In this document: positions 30,350-39,761 of the stretch, piece after piece
Position numbering within the stretch: position 1 is the stretch's first letter
Layout of the letters: each line of letters starts with the position of its first letter
Source of the DNA: Ignavibacteriota bacterium
GTDB lineage: Bacteria; Bacteroidota; Ignavibacteria; UBA10030
DNA: 64,000 bases
Assembly (NCBI GenBank): GCA_963701295.1
Contig: OY969585.1
Coordinates: 480,001-544,000 of the forward strand
Direction: 5' to 3'
Notes under the pieces: model-generated
What the model was told of the DNA's origin: nothing
What the model saw: the letters and a program-made list of their open reading frames with translations, nothing else
Database searches by the model: none
Translations under genes and position numbers: made by a program

Positions 30350-31273
30350 TCACTTCACATACTTTGTCATTCGGGCAACGATCTGTTGTATAATGATATC
30401 CGGCACACCGTCAGGAAACTGCGATTGAAGCCGCATATCACACATTTCATTCACGTAATCTACCGCAACACATCTTCCATCGATCGTGAAAGATAATTCC
30501 GTTGAAAAGAATTCAAGTTGACAAATGGTGTGAATACGCTCCGTGATTGTTCGGAGTTGTTCAAGACCTAATCGCCGTTCTTCTTCTTCAGGTATCGGAG
30601 AATAGATATGAGTGATGTCATTCCACCAAGAAGGGATGATATCACCAAAAGCGTAGAATACGCGAAACCATGCACGATGCTCAGCAAGAATGGTCGGCGT
30701 GATCGTCTCCTGCAATAGATATTTATCATTCTTATGGGATTGACGTGCATCGATGACTTCTTTCAAGGTTTCGGCACCGATCACCACACCGATACCGCCC
30801 CCGGTTGTATTTGCTGGTTTGATGATAAACGGTCGACCGAGCTTTGCCAACTCGCTCAACGAAAGTTCAATCTCATGTTTATGGTTGTACGGGGAGATAA
30901 TGATGGTATAAGGAACCTCAATGTTGTGCGCAAGAAATTCGAGATGCATCGTCGCTTTATCGGCAGCAATGATTCGGAGATCATACGGGTTGATGGGATG
31001 CGGTGCATACCTTTCACGAGAATGAAATTGGCGTAGTACATACCATGCCAAAGGTTGAAACATTTCGTCTTCATCAGAGGCACGGTCGAGAAAGTATCGA
31101 AAGCGAATTTTTCCTTTTCTCAACAAATTGAAAATTTCTTCTACGGTTTCATTGCGAATTTCTAATACTTTAATATCATTCCGGCAGGCAACTTCGTACA
31201 CATGATCAATAAACCCGTAGTCATATTCCCAGTTCCAAGCGATGGCAAGATCGTATATCTGAGCCGTTTCCAT
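30350..31273 (-). CDS. ATP-grasp-fold protein of unknown substrate
   Basis: INP, ADKA, PFIIKP...GGGIGV, YLLQE, FRVF, DYVNE..D. Confidence 0.7.
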   Translation of the reverse strand: METAQIYDLAIAWNWEYDYGFIDHVYEVACRNDIKVLEIRNETVEEIFNLLRKGKIRFRYFLDRASDEDEMFQPLAWYVLRQFHSRERYAPHPINPYDLRIIAADKATMHLEFLAHNIEVPYTIIISPYNHKHEIELSLSELAKLGRPFIIKPANTTGGGIGVVIGAETLKEVIDARQSHKNDKYLLQETITPTILAEHRAWFRVFYAFGDIIPSWWNDITHIYSPIPEEEERRLGLEQLRTITERIHTICQLEFFSTELSFTIDGRCVAVDYVNEMCDMRLQSQFPDGVPDIIIQQIVARMTKYVK

Positions 31274-31373
31274 TTATAAGTAAAAGTACATGCTTTCCGT
31301 TTACGAAACAAGCACCTACAATACTTGTAAGTGGTGTGCTGTTTCAATATATTTATATGTGATGAATAACACC

Positions 31374-33101
31374 ATGAAGTCATTTTCATTCCTCACCTCC
31401 ATTGTGGGGATTTTTTTTCTATCCGGTTGTGGTAGTTCACAGCAATTATCTCAACCAACACGTTCTGAACGTACGAACATGCTGCAAAACGATAAAATCC
31501 AAGAGATGCGGCATGATCACGCACTCGAGCATTTTATCGAGGGCACAGCGCTGGATGCAAAAGGTTCATATGCCGAAGCAATTCTTGAATATCAAGAAGC
31601 GCTTCAAGCAGAACCGAATGCCGCAATTTTCTTTGCTATTTCTAGAGATTATTTGCTACTGAATAAATTTAATCGTGCCGCCGAAACAGCAGGTGAAGCT
31701 GTTCGGATGGAGCCACAGAACATCTCCTACCGCGAAAATCTTGGAACTATTTATTTTCAAGCATCACGAGCAGATTTAGCTATCCACGAGTACGAAGAGA
31801 TCATAAAGATCGATTCAAATTATACGGCCGGTTGGTTCGCACTGGCACGTCTCTACCAACCGTTGCAACTTCAGAAAGCAGTTGAGATCTACGAGAAGAT
31901 GCTGAGCCGAGATGACGGGCAATTGGAAGTTCTTTTTCAATGTGCGCAGCTTTATTCCTCACTCGGACGTTATGATGAAGCTGCAACAAAATATAAGCGG
32001 ATGTTAGAACTTGATCCAAGCAACAAGCAACTCCAGAGACAACTCGCTGAAACTTTTGCAAAAGGCGGCAGGTTAGACGAGGCGCAGACATTACTTAACA
32101 CAATGGTTGCTGCAGACTCTTCCGATGCGGAGGTACTTGCAACACTCGCCGATGTTTATCTAAACCAAAAGCAATTCCAAAAAGCAATCGATCTTTATGA
32201 AAAACTCTTGAGTCTAGGCACAACGAACATAGAAATTAAATTACGGATCGGTATCGGTTTTTTTGGATTGACCGAGCATGACTCTACGTTGATTCCAAGA
32301 ACAAATACTCTTTTTGAAAACTTGCAGAAAGAAATTCCTGCTGATTGGCGGCCGTATTGGTATCTCGGAGCCATTGCTGCGAACCAGCATAAGGACTCGC
32401 TTGCGGGAAGCTACTTCGAGCAAGTAACAAAGCTGGAAGAACATCACGGCGATGCGTGGTGGTTCTTCGGTTACTCCTTATTTGAACAAGAAAAGTATGA
32501 CAAGTTGCTTGAAACGATGGAACAGGCACAAAAAATGCTTCCGAACGATTTCCGTTTCTACTTATTGCAGGGACTTGCACTCACACGAATGGAGAAACAG
32601 GAAGAAGCTGTGAAACCATTAGAGAAAGCGTACGAGCTGAATCCGAAAGATCTAAATACCCTCAGCACACTCGCTTTAACACTGGATGGATTACAACGTT
32701 ATCCACGAAGCGATAGTTTATACGAAGAAGGATTAAAACAGGATCCAAAGTCCGCTCTCCTTCTCAACAACTATGGATACAGTCTCGCCGAACGAGGGCT
32801 TCAGCTGCAGCGCGCATTGGAAATGGCAAAACAAGCTATCACTGTAGAACCGGATAACTCCGCGTACCTTGATACATACGGTTGGATTCTTTTCAAATTG
32901 CAGAAGTACGAAGATGCTGCGATGTACATTGAAAAGTCCATTGCAACCGGAAAGGCCAGTTCTGTTGTTCACGAACACCTCGGCGATGTTTATGAGAAGT
33001 TGGGGCAAAAGGAGAAGGCCCTAGAGTTGTGGAAAAAAGCATTCGAGATGGATTCCAAGAACAAAGATGCAAAAGAAAAAATCGCGCGCGGAGCGAAGTG
33101 A
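31374..33101 (+). CDS. TPR-repeat lipoprotein
   Basis: LSGC lipobox, many TPRs, LNNYGY and YLDTYGW..HLGD C-terminus. Confidence 0.9.
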   Translation: MKSFSFLTSIVGIFFLSGCGSSQQLSQPTRSERTNMLQNDKIQEMRHDHALEHFIEGTALDAKGSYAEAILEYQEALQAEPNAAIFFAISRDYLLLNKFNRAAETAGEAVRMEPQNISYRENLGTIYFQASRADLAIHEYEEIIKIDSNYTAGWFALARLYQPLQLQKAVEIYEKMLSRDDGQLEVLFQCAQLYSSLGRYDEAATKYKRMLELDPSNKQLQRQLAETFAKGGRLDEAQTLLNTMVAADSSDAEVLATLADVYLNQKQFQKAIDLYEKLLSLGTTNIEIKLRIGIGFFGLTEHDSTLIPRTNTLFENLQKEIPADWRPYWYLGAIAANQHKDSLAGSYFEQVTKLEEHHGDAWWFFGYSLFEQEKYDKLLETMEQAQKMLPNDFRFYLLQGLALTRMEKQEEAVKPLEKAYELNPKDLNTLSTLALTLDGLQRYPRSDSLYEEGLKQDPKSALLLNNYGYSLAERGLQLQRALEMAKQAITVEPDNSAYLDTYGWILFKLQKYEDAAMYIEKSIATGKASSVVHEHLGDVYEKLGQKEKALELWKKAFEMDSKNKDAKEKIARGAK

Positions 33102-33874
33102 TGGTACAACGTTTTTCTTTCGCATTGGTTCTTTTCTTTCTCTCGTTCATAGGATGCCGAACAACGAGCACGTTGAATCTAAGCAACCGATCTATCACTT
33201 CAGCGGAAGTTCAGGAAATCGCTCGTACACATCACGCACGTATTCAATCCATACAAGGTAAAGGGCGGATATCTGTTGAAACACAGGAGATGGCTCAAAG
33301 CGGTGCATTCATCTTAACACTTAGAAAACCTGACTCCGTTCTCATCAATCTTCAAGGACCGTTCGGTATCAAAGTTGGATCAGCACTTGTAACCCGCACG
33401 GGATTTTCTTTCTATAATAGTCTAGAGAATCAACTCATCACTGGTTCTACAAGCATAGAAAACCTGAATCGCATCCTTCACGTCCAACTAGATTTTGATG
33501 ACCTGCTGAACATCTTTTCCGGCGGTGGGTTTCTTGATGACGACCTCCGCTCACCCGACGAAACACGCATTGAAGACGACCAGTTTGTTTTCATCTATAC
33601 TTCCCACAACTCCAGCCGGCGGTATTGGATCGAACCAACATCTTTAAACATCCAAAGAATCCAGTTTTTGGATCGAAGCGGGAAGGTTACTCTTGAGCAG
33701 GCCTTCAATGACTTCGAGAATGTCGATGGGCTTGCGATGCCGTACGCCATTTGTATCACACAGCCAAAAACGCAGCAAATGCTAACTCTAAAGTATTCCG
33801 ATATCATGGTGAACGTCAAACAACTTCAGTTCACCTTTACGATTCCACAGAACGCAGAACGAATTCGCTGGTAA
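33101..33874 (+). CDS. DUF4292/LolB-like lipoprotein
   Basis: FIGC lipobox, DSV.I...GPFGI; translationally coupled between the TPR gene and envC. Confidence 0.7.
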   Translation: MVQRFSFALVLFFLSFIGCRTTSTLNLSNRSITSAEVQEIARTHHARIQSIQGKGRISVETQEMAQSGAFILTLRKPDSVLINLQGPFGIKVGSALVTRTGFSFYNSLENQLITGSTSIENLNRILHVQLDFDDLLNIFSGGGFLDDDLRSPDETRIEDDQFVFIYTSHNSSRRYWIEPTSLNIQRIQFLDRSGKVTLEQAFNDFENVDGLAMPYAICITQPKTQQMLTLKYSDIMVNVKQLQFTFTIPQNAERIRW

Positions 33875-35133
33875 TGTGCTCTCTGTCTCGCATCTTTCTC
33901 TTCATCCTGTCTCTCCTCTTCGTGCTTCCTGCTACTGCCCAAAAAACGGAACGGGAGATTAAACAGAAGGAAGATGAGCTGCAAAAACTTCGCAGCGACA
34001 TTCAAGCGTACGAAAAGATATTAAGGGAGAGCGACAAGAAAGAAAAAGCCACGCTTGAACGCCTCAATAATCTCGAACGGCAGTCCATTCTTATCCGCCA
34101 ATTGATTCAGAAACTTCGAGAAGAAGAACTTGGAATGACTGCAGAAATCGACACCGCCAAAACAGCGATTGCCGGATTGGAGGGACAACTTCAGTTTCTG
34201 AAATCTCATTATGCCAACTATGTCTGTTCGGTATATAAACATGGACGTGTGTACGATCTCGAATTACTTTTCTCTTCTCAATCGATCAACCAGCTTTCTA
34301 TCCGCATTCAATATTTGAAGAAATTTTCCGAGCAACGCGCTAAAGACCTCAAAGAAATCGACGAAAACAAAGTAATACTGGAACAGAAGAATGAGCAGTT
34401 GCAAGTAAAGCTGCAGAGCGAACGACAACTTCTGATTGAGAAAACCCGTGAAGAGGAAAACCTCAAGAGAACATTTTCCCGGCGACAAACAGTGCTCAAG
34501 AAAATTCGGAAAAATAAAAAAACATATCAAAAAGAACTTAACCGCAAGATGGGAGCGTTTCAGCAAATTGAAAAACTTATTGCAGATCTGATTGAGAAAG
34601 AACAAATTCGGAAAGAACGTGAGGAAACCGAACGTCGGGAACGTGAGATAGCAGAAGCGCGGGAACGCGAACAAGTAAAAAGTATTCCATCGCCCACACT
34701 AAAATCGGTTGAACTGAAGACCTCTTTTGCCTTTGCACAGCAAAGAGGAAAGCTCCGATGGCCAGTTACACATGGATCAGTGCAATCACGCTTTGGCAAT
34801 CAGATCAATCCTGTTCTGAAAACAGTCACACAGAACACTGGTATCGACATAGCCACACCAGTTGGTTCCGATGTCCTTGCTGTTGCAGACGGAGAAGTAG
34901 CCGTACTGTCTTTCATTCCCGGTTTCGGTAATGTACTCATCTTAAATCACTACAACGGTTACCGTACAGTATATGCACATCTCTCAGATGTTTCAGTCAC
35001 AGAGTCACAACGCATCACAGAGGGAACGGTCATAGCAAAAAGCGGCGACACTGTAGCAGGTGCTATTCTCCACTTTGAAATTTGGAAAGAACGGGAAAAA
35101 CAAAATCCTGAATGGTGGTTGGCAAAACGTTGA
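33874..35133 (+). CDS. envC: Murein hydrolase activator EnvC (coiled coil plus degenerate M23 domain)
   Basis: Long coiled coil, GKLRWPV, NTGIDI, TVYAHL, LHFEIW. Confidence 0.85.
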   Translation: MCSLSRIFLFILSLLFVLPATAQKTEREIKQKEDELQKLRSDIQAYEKILRESDKKEKATLERLNNLERQSILIRQLIQKLREEELGMTAEIDTAKTAIAGLEGQLQFLKSHYANYVCSVYKHGRVYDLELLFSSQSINQLSIRIQYLKKFSEQRAKDLKEIDENKVILEQKNEQLQVKLQSERQLLIEKTREEENLKRTFSRRQTVLKKIRKNKKTYQKELNRKMGAFQQIEKLIADLIEKEQIRKEREETERREREIAEAREREQVKSIPSPTLKSVELKTSFAFAQQRGKLRWPVTHGSVQSRFGNQINPVLKTVTQNTGIDIATPVGSDVLAVADGEVAVLSFIPGFGNVLILNHYNGYRTVYAHLSDVSVTESQRITEGTVIAKSGDTVAGAILHFEIWKEREKQNPEWWLAKR

Positions 35134-35349
35134 TAATTTTCAGTATTCACCAGTCGTTATCGTGTCGCTCCAATCATCAAATCAAACCTCTATCCATTTA
35201 TCCAAAGCATCAATACTCCACAAATTTCCGCACTTCCAAAAATATATTTATGGATTGTAATAAGTTTCTCTTTTCTTTACAAAAACGTCAAAGAGTAATT
35301 GTTGTTTTGCCCCCATCTTTTCCTTACATTAGAATCAGGTGTAAGAATT

Positions 35350-35424
35350 CGGGGTGTGGCTCAGCCCGGTTAGAGCGCCTGCCTTGGGCGCAGGAGGCCG
35401 GAGGTTCGAATCCTCTCACCCCGA
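35350..35424 (+). tRNA. tRNA-Pro(TGG)
   Basis: Cloverleaf CGGGGTG/CACCCCG, anticodon arm CCTGC-CTTGGGC-GCAGG, GTTCGAATC T-loop. Confidence 0.96.
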
Positions 35425-35557
35425 CATATTCTTACATATTTTATAGCATTTTTACAACAATTCCGTTGTATGGTGCATTCAGATTCATTTTTGAGGCAGC
35501 ATCTATCAGACATCTTCGTCAGTGCCGCCTTCTTGTTCTTTTGAGTGACTTGGTTTA

Positions 35558-35586
35558 TTGACAATATCTTGGAAATTATCTACCAT
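35558..35586 (+). promoter_or_regulatory. Sigma70-type promoter
   Basis: TTGACA-17 bp-TACCAT upstream of the 35646 ORF. Confidence 0.6.
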
Positions 35587-35645
35587 GAATCGCCGAAGTG
35601 TATTTTTGCTAATAGAAATAATAAGCTCCTCAAAAGGAGAGAGCA

Positions 35646-38345
35646 ATGGCTAAAGGGCCAGAAAATCCAAGAAGTGCTGAGCAGTTAAAAGAAGTCGCGA
35701 TATTCCTGAAGCAAGCTGATAAACTTGTACGAGAAGGGAACCACGTTGCTGCATTGGAAGAGATTGCCAAAGCACGCGCACGGGATCCAAGGAATCTGTA
35801 TGCTTTAGCATATGAGGAACGAGTCCGTTCTCTTGTCACGGCTCAGAAAGATAAGAAACCGGAGATGGGTTACACTTCTCCGCAACCTACAACACCTCAA
35901 CCTCTTCCGGCTGCTTTAGAACACATCTCGAACCTTGCTATTGTGGAAGCGCAACGTTCTGCTGCCGTTGCAGTAAAGCAAGAACAAGAAGTAATACTTC
36001 GCAAAAAGGAGGAAGAAGACCGCCGGAAGAATGAAGAGCTTCGGCGACAAGCCATCGAATCTAAGATTACCACCTTCCTCACACGCTCAAAGGATTATTT
36101 AGAAAAAGGAGACTTCGATCGTGCGCTGGATGAAATTGCGCGTGCATACCTGCTTGATCCTGCTAATGAAAAAATTCATGCAGCAGAAAACAACATACGG
36201 AAGAGGCAAGAAGAGACCCGATTACGTGATGAACAAGAACGACTTCAGAAACAGCAGGATGACGAACGCAAGCGCCAAGAGCTTCTGAGAGCTCAAGTGG
36301 CGCGCATGCAAAAAGAGAAGGAAGAAAAGCGGCGCAAAGAAGAAGAAGCGCGCAGACAGGCACAACAACAGAAGATTACCCAATATCTTGATCGTGCGGA
36401 AGATTTCCTCAATAACGGACATCTTGATGATGCGTTAAGTGAATTAGCATTTGTCGTTGTAATAGATCCACTGAATGAAGAAGTCCTGGCATTAGAGCGA
36501 AAAATTCGTGATGCCCAAGAACAGGAACAAGCAGAACAATTTGAGCAATACCGTAAACGGGAAGAAGAGCAGCGAAAAAAGCGAGAAGCAATCTTTGGAG
36601 CGATTCAAAAGCACATCGAAAATGCCGAACGGCTCGCCGGTCAACAAAAATGGTCGGAAGCGTTGCGAGTTATTACACGGGCATATGTATTGGATCCTGT
36701 GAATGATGCATTGCAAGCTTGCGAGAAACGTATTCAGGCAGCACAAGAAGAGGCATTGGATATTGCTGGAGAGCAACGCCGAGTTCAAGAAGAAACCGTA
36801 CGCCGCCGACAAGAAGAAGAACTTCGCCAGCTTGAACAAGCAGAACGTGAACGTGCCGTACTCGGCGAGAGTGCTGAAACCGAAGCGAAACGACGTGCTG
36901 ACAAGGAGAAGGTTTTCCTCTACCTGACCAAGGCCCGTGGGTACCTGACCGATGGAAGATACGAAGATGCTCTCGGTGAAGTCGCGCTTGCATTTATCGT
37001 CAATCCGTTTGATGAAGATGTAAAACAGATGGAGCAGGAAGTTATTGCGGCACAGGACCAGAAAAAAGCACAAGAAGCAGCTTCAGCGAAAGAGGATTTA
37101 GCAGCTATTCCTGCTGACGAGACCGCTGAACAAATTTCCAATTATATCGCGGAAGCATCTCGTTATGCATCCGAGAGTGAGTTCAGTAAGGCACTCGACG
37201 AGGTTGCAAAAGCATTCATGCTTGATCCTTTAAATGAGTCAATCCAGAAATTCGAATCTCAACTTCAAAAAGAATTTCACGATTACCAAGAGGAACAGCA
37301 TAAGATACAACAAGAAGAAGCTCGAGAAAATGCCATCATCAAACATCAAGCACGGGCAAAGGAATTTCTTAATCGAGAAGCATTTGACGAAGCATTGACA
37401 GAAGTTGCAGATGGATATTCCTACGACCCAAACAATGCAACACTCATAGCTCTCGAGCAACAGATTCAAGATGCCTATCAACGGTGGCAAGGAAGGCAGG
37501 CAGAGGAAGAGAAAAATACTCAAATTGAAGATTTCCTTTTCAAAGCAAAAGAGTACCTCGCAAAGGAATTATTCGAAGAGGCTCTCAAGACTATCACACA
37601 AGCTATCGTATTGGATCCAAAGAGAGAAGCTTTAAAATCAACAAAAGGGGAAATCGAAAAGGCACAAGAAGCATTCAAGAAACGGAAGCAGTCAGAAGAA
37701 AGCAATAAAGTCATCCAAAAACACATCTTCCGTGCGAAGGAATGCAGGGTCCTCCGCAGCTACGAAGAAGCCATTGACGAAATCGATCAAGCGCTCACAA
37801 TCGATTCTTCACGGGAAGATTTACTCCAGCTTAAAAATCAATTACAACAGGAGTTTACCGAGTGGCAAGCACAGAAAGATCAGAATACCCAACAGACATC
37901 GCTCAAACAGCATCTCCGTCAGGCACGTGAACATCTTACTAATAAAGTATACGATGAAGCGCTTATGGAGATTGCCCTTGGATTATCGATCGATCCCAAA
38001 AACTCAGATCTCGTAGCACTTGAAGAAGAGGTTATCAAGACCCAGGCAGATGCTGAGCTGGCAGAGAGTGAACTTGCCGCGAAATCATCCGAATCTAGTT
38101 TCAAAAATGAGGAACGAGATCAGTTGATATGGATTCATTTACGGGCGGCAGACGAACTCCAGAAACAAAATGAATTTGCTCAAGCACTTGATGAATTGGC
38201 GAAAGCATATGTCATTGACCCGTTGAACAAGGAAGTCAAAAAAGCAGAACTCCGCGTACGGCAAAATGAAATCCGACATGCACAACAGACCGGTCAGACA
38301 CTAAAATTGATTTACCCAAACGAAAAATCAATGGGCGGAAGCTGA
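35646..38345 (+). CDS. Large cytoplasmic protein with 11 dispersed TPR-like units joined by charged coiled coils
   Basis: Repeated unit L..A...L....F..AL.E+A.A+.+DP.N; no signal peptide or TM segment. Confidence 0.85.
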   Translation: MAKGPENPRSAEQLKEVAIFLKQADKLVREGNHVAALEEIAKARARDPRNLYALAYEERVRSLVTAQKDKKPEMGYTSPQPTTPQPLPAALEHISNLAIVEAQRSAAVAVKQEQEVILRKKEEEDRRKNEELRRQAIESKITTFLTRSKDYLEKGDFDRALDEIARAYLLDPANEKIHAAENNIRKRQEETRLRDEQERLQKQQDDERKRQELLRAQVARMQKEKEEKRRKEEEARRQAQQQKITQYLDRAEDFLNNGHLDDALSELAFVVVIDPLNEEVLALERKIRDAQEQEQAEQFEQYRKREEEQRKKREAIFGAIQKHIENAERLAGQQKWSEALRVITRAYVLDPVNDALQACEKRIQAAQEEALDIAGEQRRVQEETVRRRQEEELRQLEQAERERAVLGESAETEAKRRADKEKVFLYLTKARGYLTDGRYEDALGEVALAFIVNPFDEDVKQMEQEVIAAQDQKKAQEAASAKEDLAAIPADETAEQISNYIAEASRYASESEFSKALDEVAKAFMLDPLNESIQKFESQLQKEFHDYQEEQHKIQQEEARENAIIKHQARAKEFLNREAFDEALTEVADGYSYDPNNATLIALEQQIQDAYQRWQGRQAEEEKNTQIEDFLFKAKEYLAKELFEEALKTITQAIVLDPKREALKSTKGEIEKAQEAFKKRKQSEESNKVIQKHIFRAKECRVLRSYEEAIDEIDQALTIDSSREDLLQLKNQLQQEFTEWQAQKDQNTQQTSLKQHLRQAREHLTNKVYDEALMEIALGLSIDPKNSDLVALEEEVIKTQADAELAESELAAKSSESSFKNEERDQLIWIHLRAADELQKQNEFAQALDELAKAYVIDPLNKEVKKAELRVRQNEIRHAQQTGQTLKLIYPNEKSMGGS

Positions 38346-38372
38346 TAACAGTACATACAACGAGACGACAAC

Positions 38373-39692
38373 ATGGAACCACAAGATATATTGACCACTC
38401 AACAATTCGTTGTCGATCGATTGCATGATATTCAGCGAAAAGCGGAAACCAGTAAGTTCACTGATGCTCTTACGACCATAAAAGAAGTAAAGACGGCGGA
38501 TTCAAAGAACATATACCTTATCGCCATTGAAAAACAGATTGCAAAATTATGTGATAGTTCGTTGCCGGAGGAAAGCCGTTCTGGAATTGTAAGATCACTT
38601 CCTTCCATGATTGATCGCGCTATCAGCGATATCCAACGCCGTGCTTCAGTTCCTAAAGTAGATGATTCACAAAAGGAACAAAAGGAAGCCGCTCTCGAAA
38701 AACTAAAAAATCAGTATTTTCAACGTGCAGATGATTATGTTGAAAAACAAGAATATCAACGCGCACTGGAAGAAATCAGACGTATTTATATTATCGAACC
38801 GGGAAGCGTTGTTGCTAAGGAATATGAACAAAAGATTGAACAACTCGCTGCTTTGCATGCCCGCAACGAAGCAGAAGCAGCAACTTCAGCAGAAATAAAA
38901 GGAACTAAAGCAGATATAAAAGAACCGCAAGTAGAAGTCAAGAAGCCAAAAAAGACAGTTCCAGACATTGAGCCTCCAAAAGAAAAAGTCGCGTTGCAAC
39001 CTGAAGGAAGTTCAAAGAAATCAAAATTATCCATATTGATAGCAGCTGCAGCGGTAGTGATTCTTGCTCTTGGGGCATGGATTTTTTTCTCTCGTAATTC
39101 CTCAAGTGGTACACAGACAAATCAACAACAGATACAACCACCATCGCCTCGGCAGGATAGCGTGATTATACTTTCACCCACAACTACTTCAACTCCTCAA
39201 TCCGGAAAGGGATCTGCTCCTATTGCAGAAACATCGAAACAACCTGCAAAAATTGAAAAGAAACAACCAGAAGTGAAACCTGTTCAACCTGCTGTAGCAA
39301 CAACGCAACCAACGAATACGAAGCCACTAACTGGGCAGACTCCTTCCGCTACGCCAACACAACAACCTGCACAACAACCCAGCACGACAGAAAGCGCCCC
39401 AGCACCAATGCCTTTTGTCGCAATCGAAAATCCACCTGAGATTATTCGTCGTGAGCCCGCAAAGTACCCGGAAATTGCTATCAAGATGGGAATTCAGGGA
39501 AGGGTTACAGTTGAAGTCACTGTCGATGTTCAAGGGAAACCGATTCAGACGAAAGTAGTGAAAAGTTCGAGCGATGTCTTTAATGATGCAGCTATTGAAG
39601 CTGTCATGAAGTATACATTTAAACCTGCAATGCAATCTACTGGTCCGGTAACCGCAAAAGTATATATACCTATTGATTTCCGCTTAAAGTGA
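38373..39692 (+). CDS. TonB-family energy transducer with N-terminal TPR-like cytoplasmic domain
   Basis: Single TM, Pro/Thr/Gln-rich linker, YPE.A...GIQGRV and FKPA TonB C-terminal domain. Confidence 0.88.
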   Translation: MEPQDILTTQQFVVDRLHDIQRKAETSKFTDALTTIKEVKTADSKNIYLIAIEKQIAKLCDSSLPEESRSGIVRSLPSMIDRAISDIQRRASVPKVDDSQKEQKEAALEKLKNQYFQRADDYVEKQEYQRALEEIRRIYIIEPGSVVAKEYEQKIEQLAALHARNEAEAATSAEIKGTKADIKEPQVEVKKPKKTVPDIEPPKEKVALQPEGSSKKSKLSILIAAAAVVILALGAWIFFSRNSSSGTQTNQQQIQPPSPRQDSVIILSPTTTSTPQSGKGSAPIAETSKQPAKIEKKQPEVKPVQPAVATTQPTNTKPLTGQTPSATPTQQPAQQPSTTESAPAPMPFVAIENPPEIIRREPAKYPEIAIKMGIQGRVTVEVTVDVQGKPIQTKVVKSSSDVFNDAAIEAVMKYTFKPAMQSTGPVTAKVYIPIDFRLK

Positions 39693-39693
39693 A

Positions 39694-39736
39694 AATAAAA
39701 AGGCTTCTTCATAATCAAGAAGAAGTCTTTTTATTT
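39694..39736. terminator. Bidirectional intrinsic terminator
   Basis: AATAAAAAGGCTTCTT...AAGAAGTCTTTTTATT. Confidence 0.7.
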
Positions 39737-39761
39737 AATCTTGTTGTGACTCTATCGATGC

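Noticed and set aside
35112-35564. ORFs spanning the tRNA-Pro region
   Set aside because: They overlap a clear tRNA and have no protein features
36163-37523. Several Leu/Phe-rich minus-strand ORFs
   Set aside because: Antisense products of the Glu/Lys/Gln-rich coiled-coil gene
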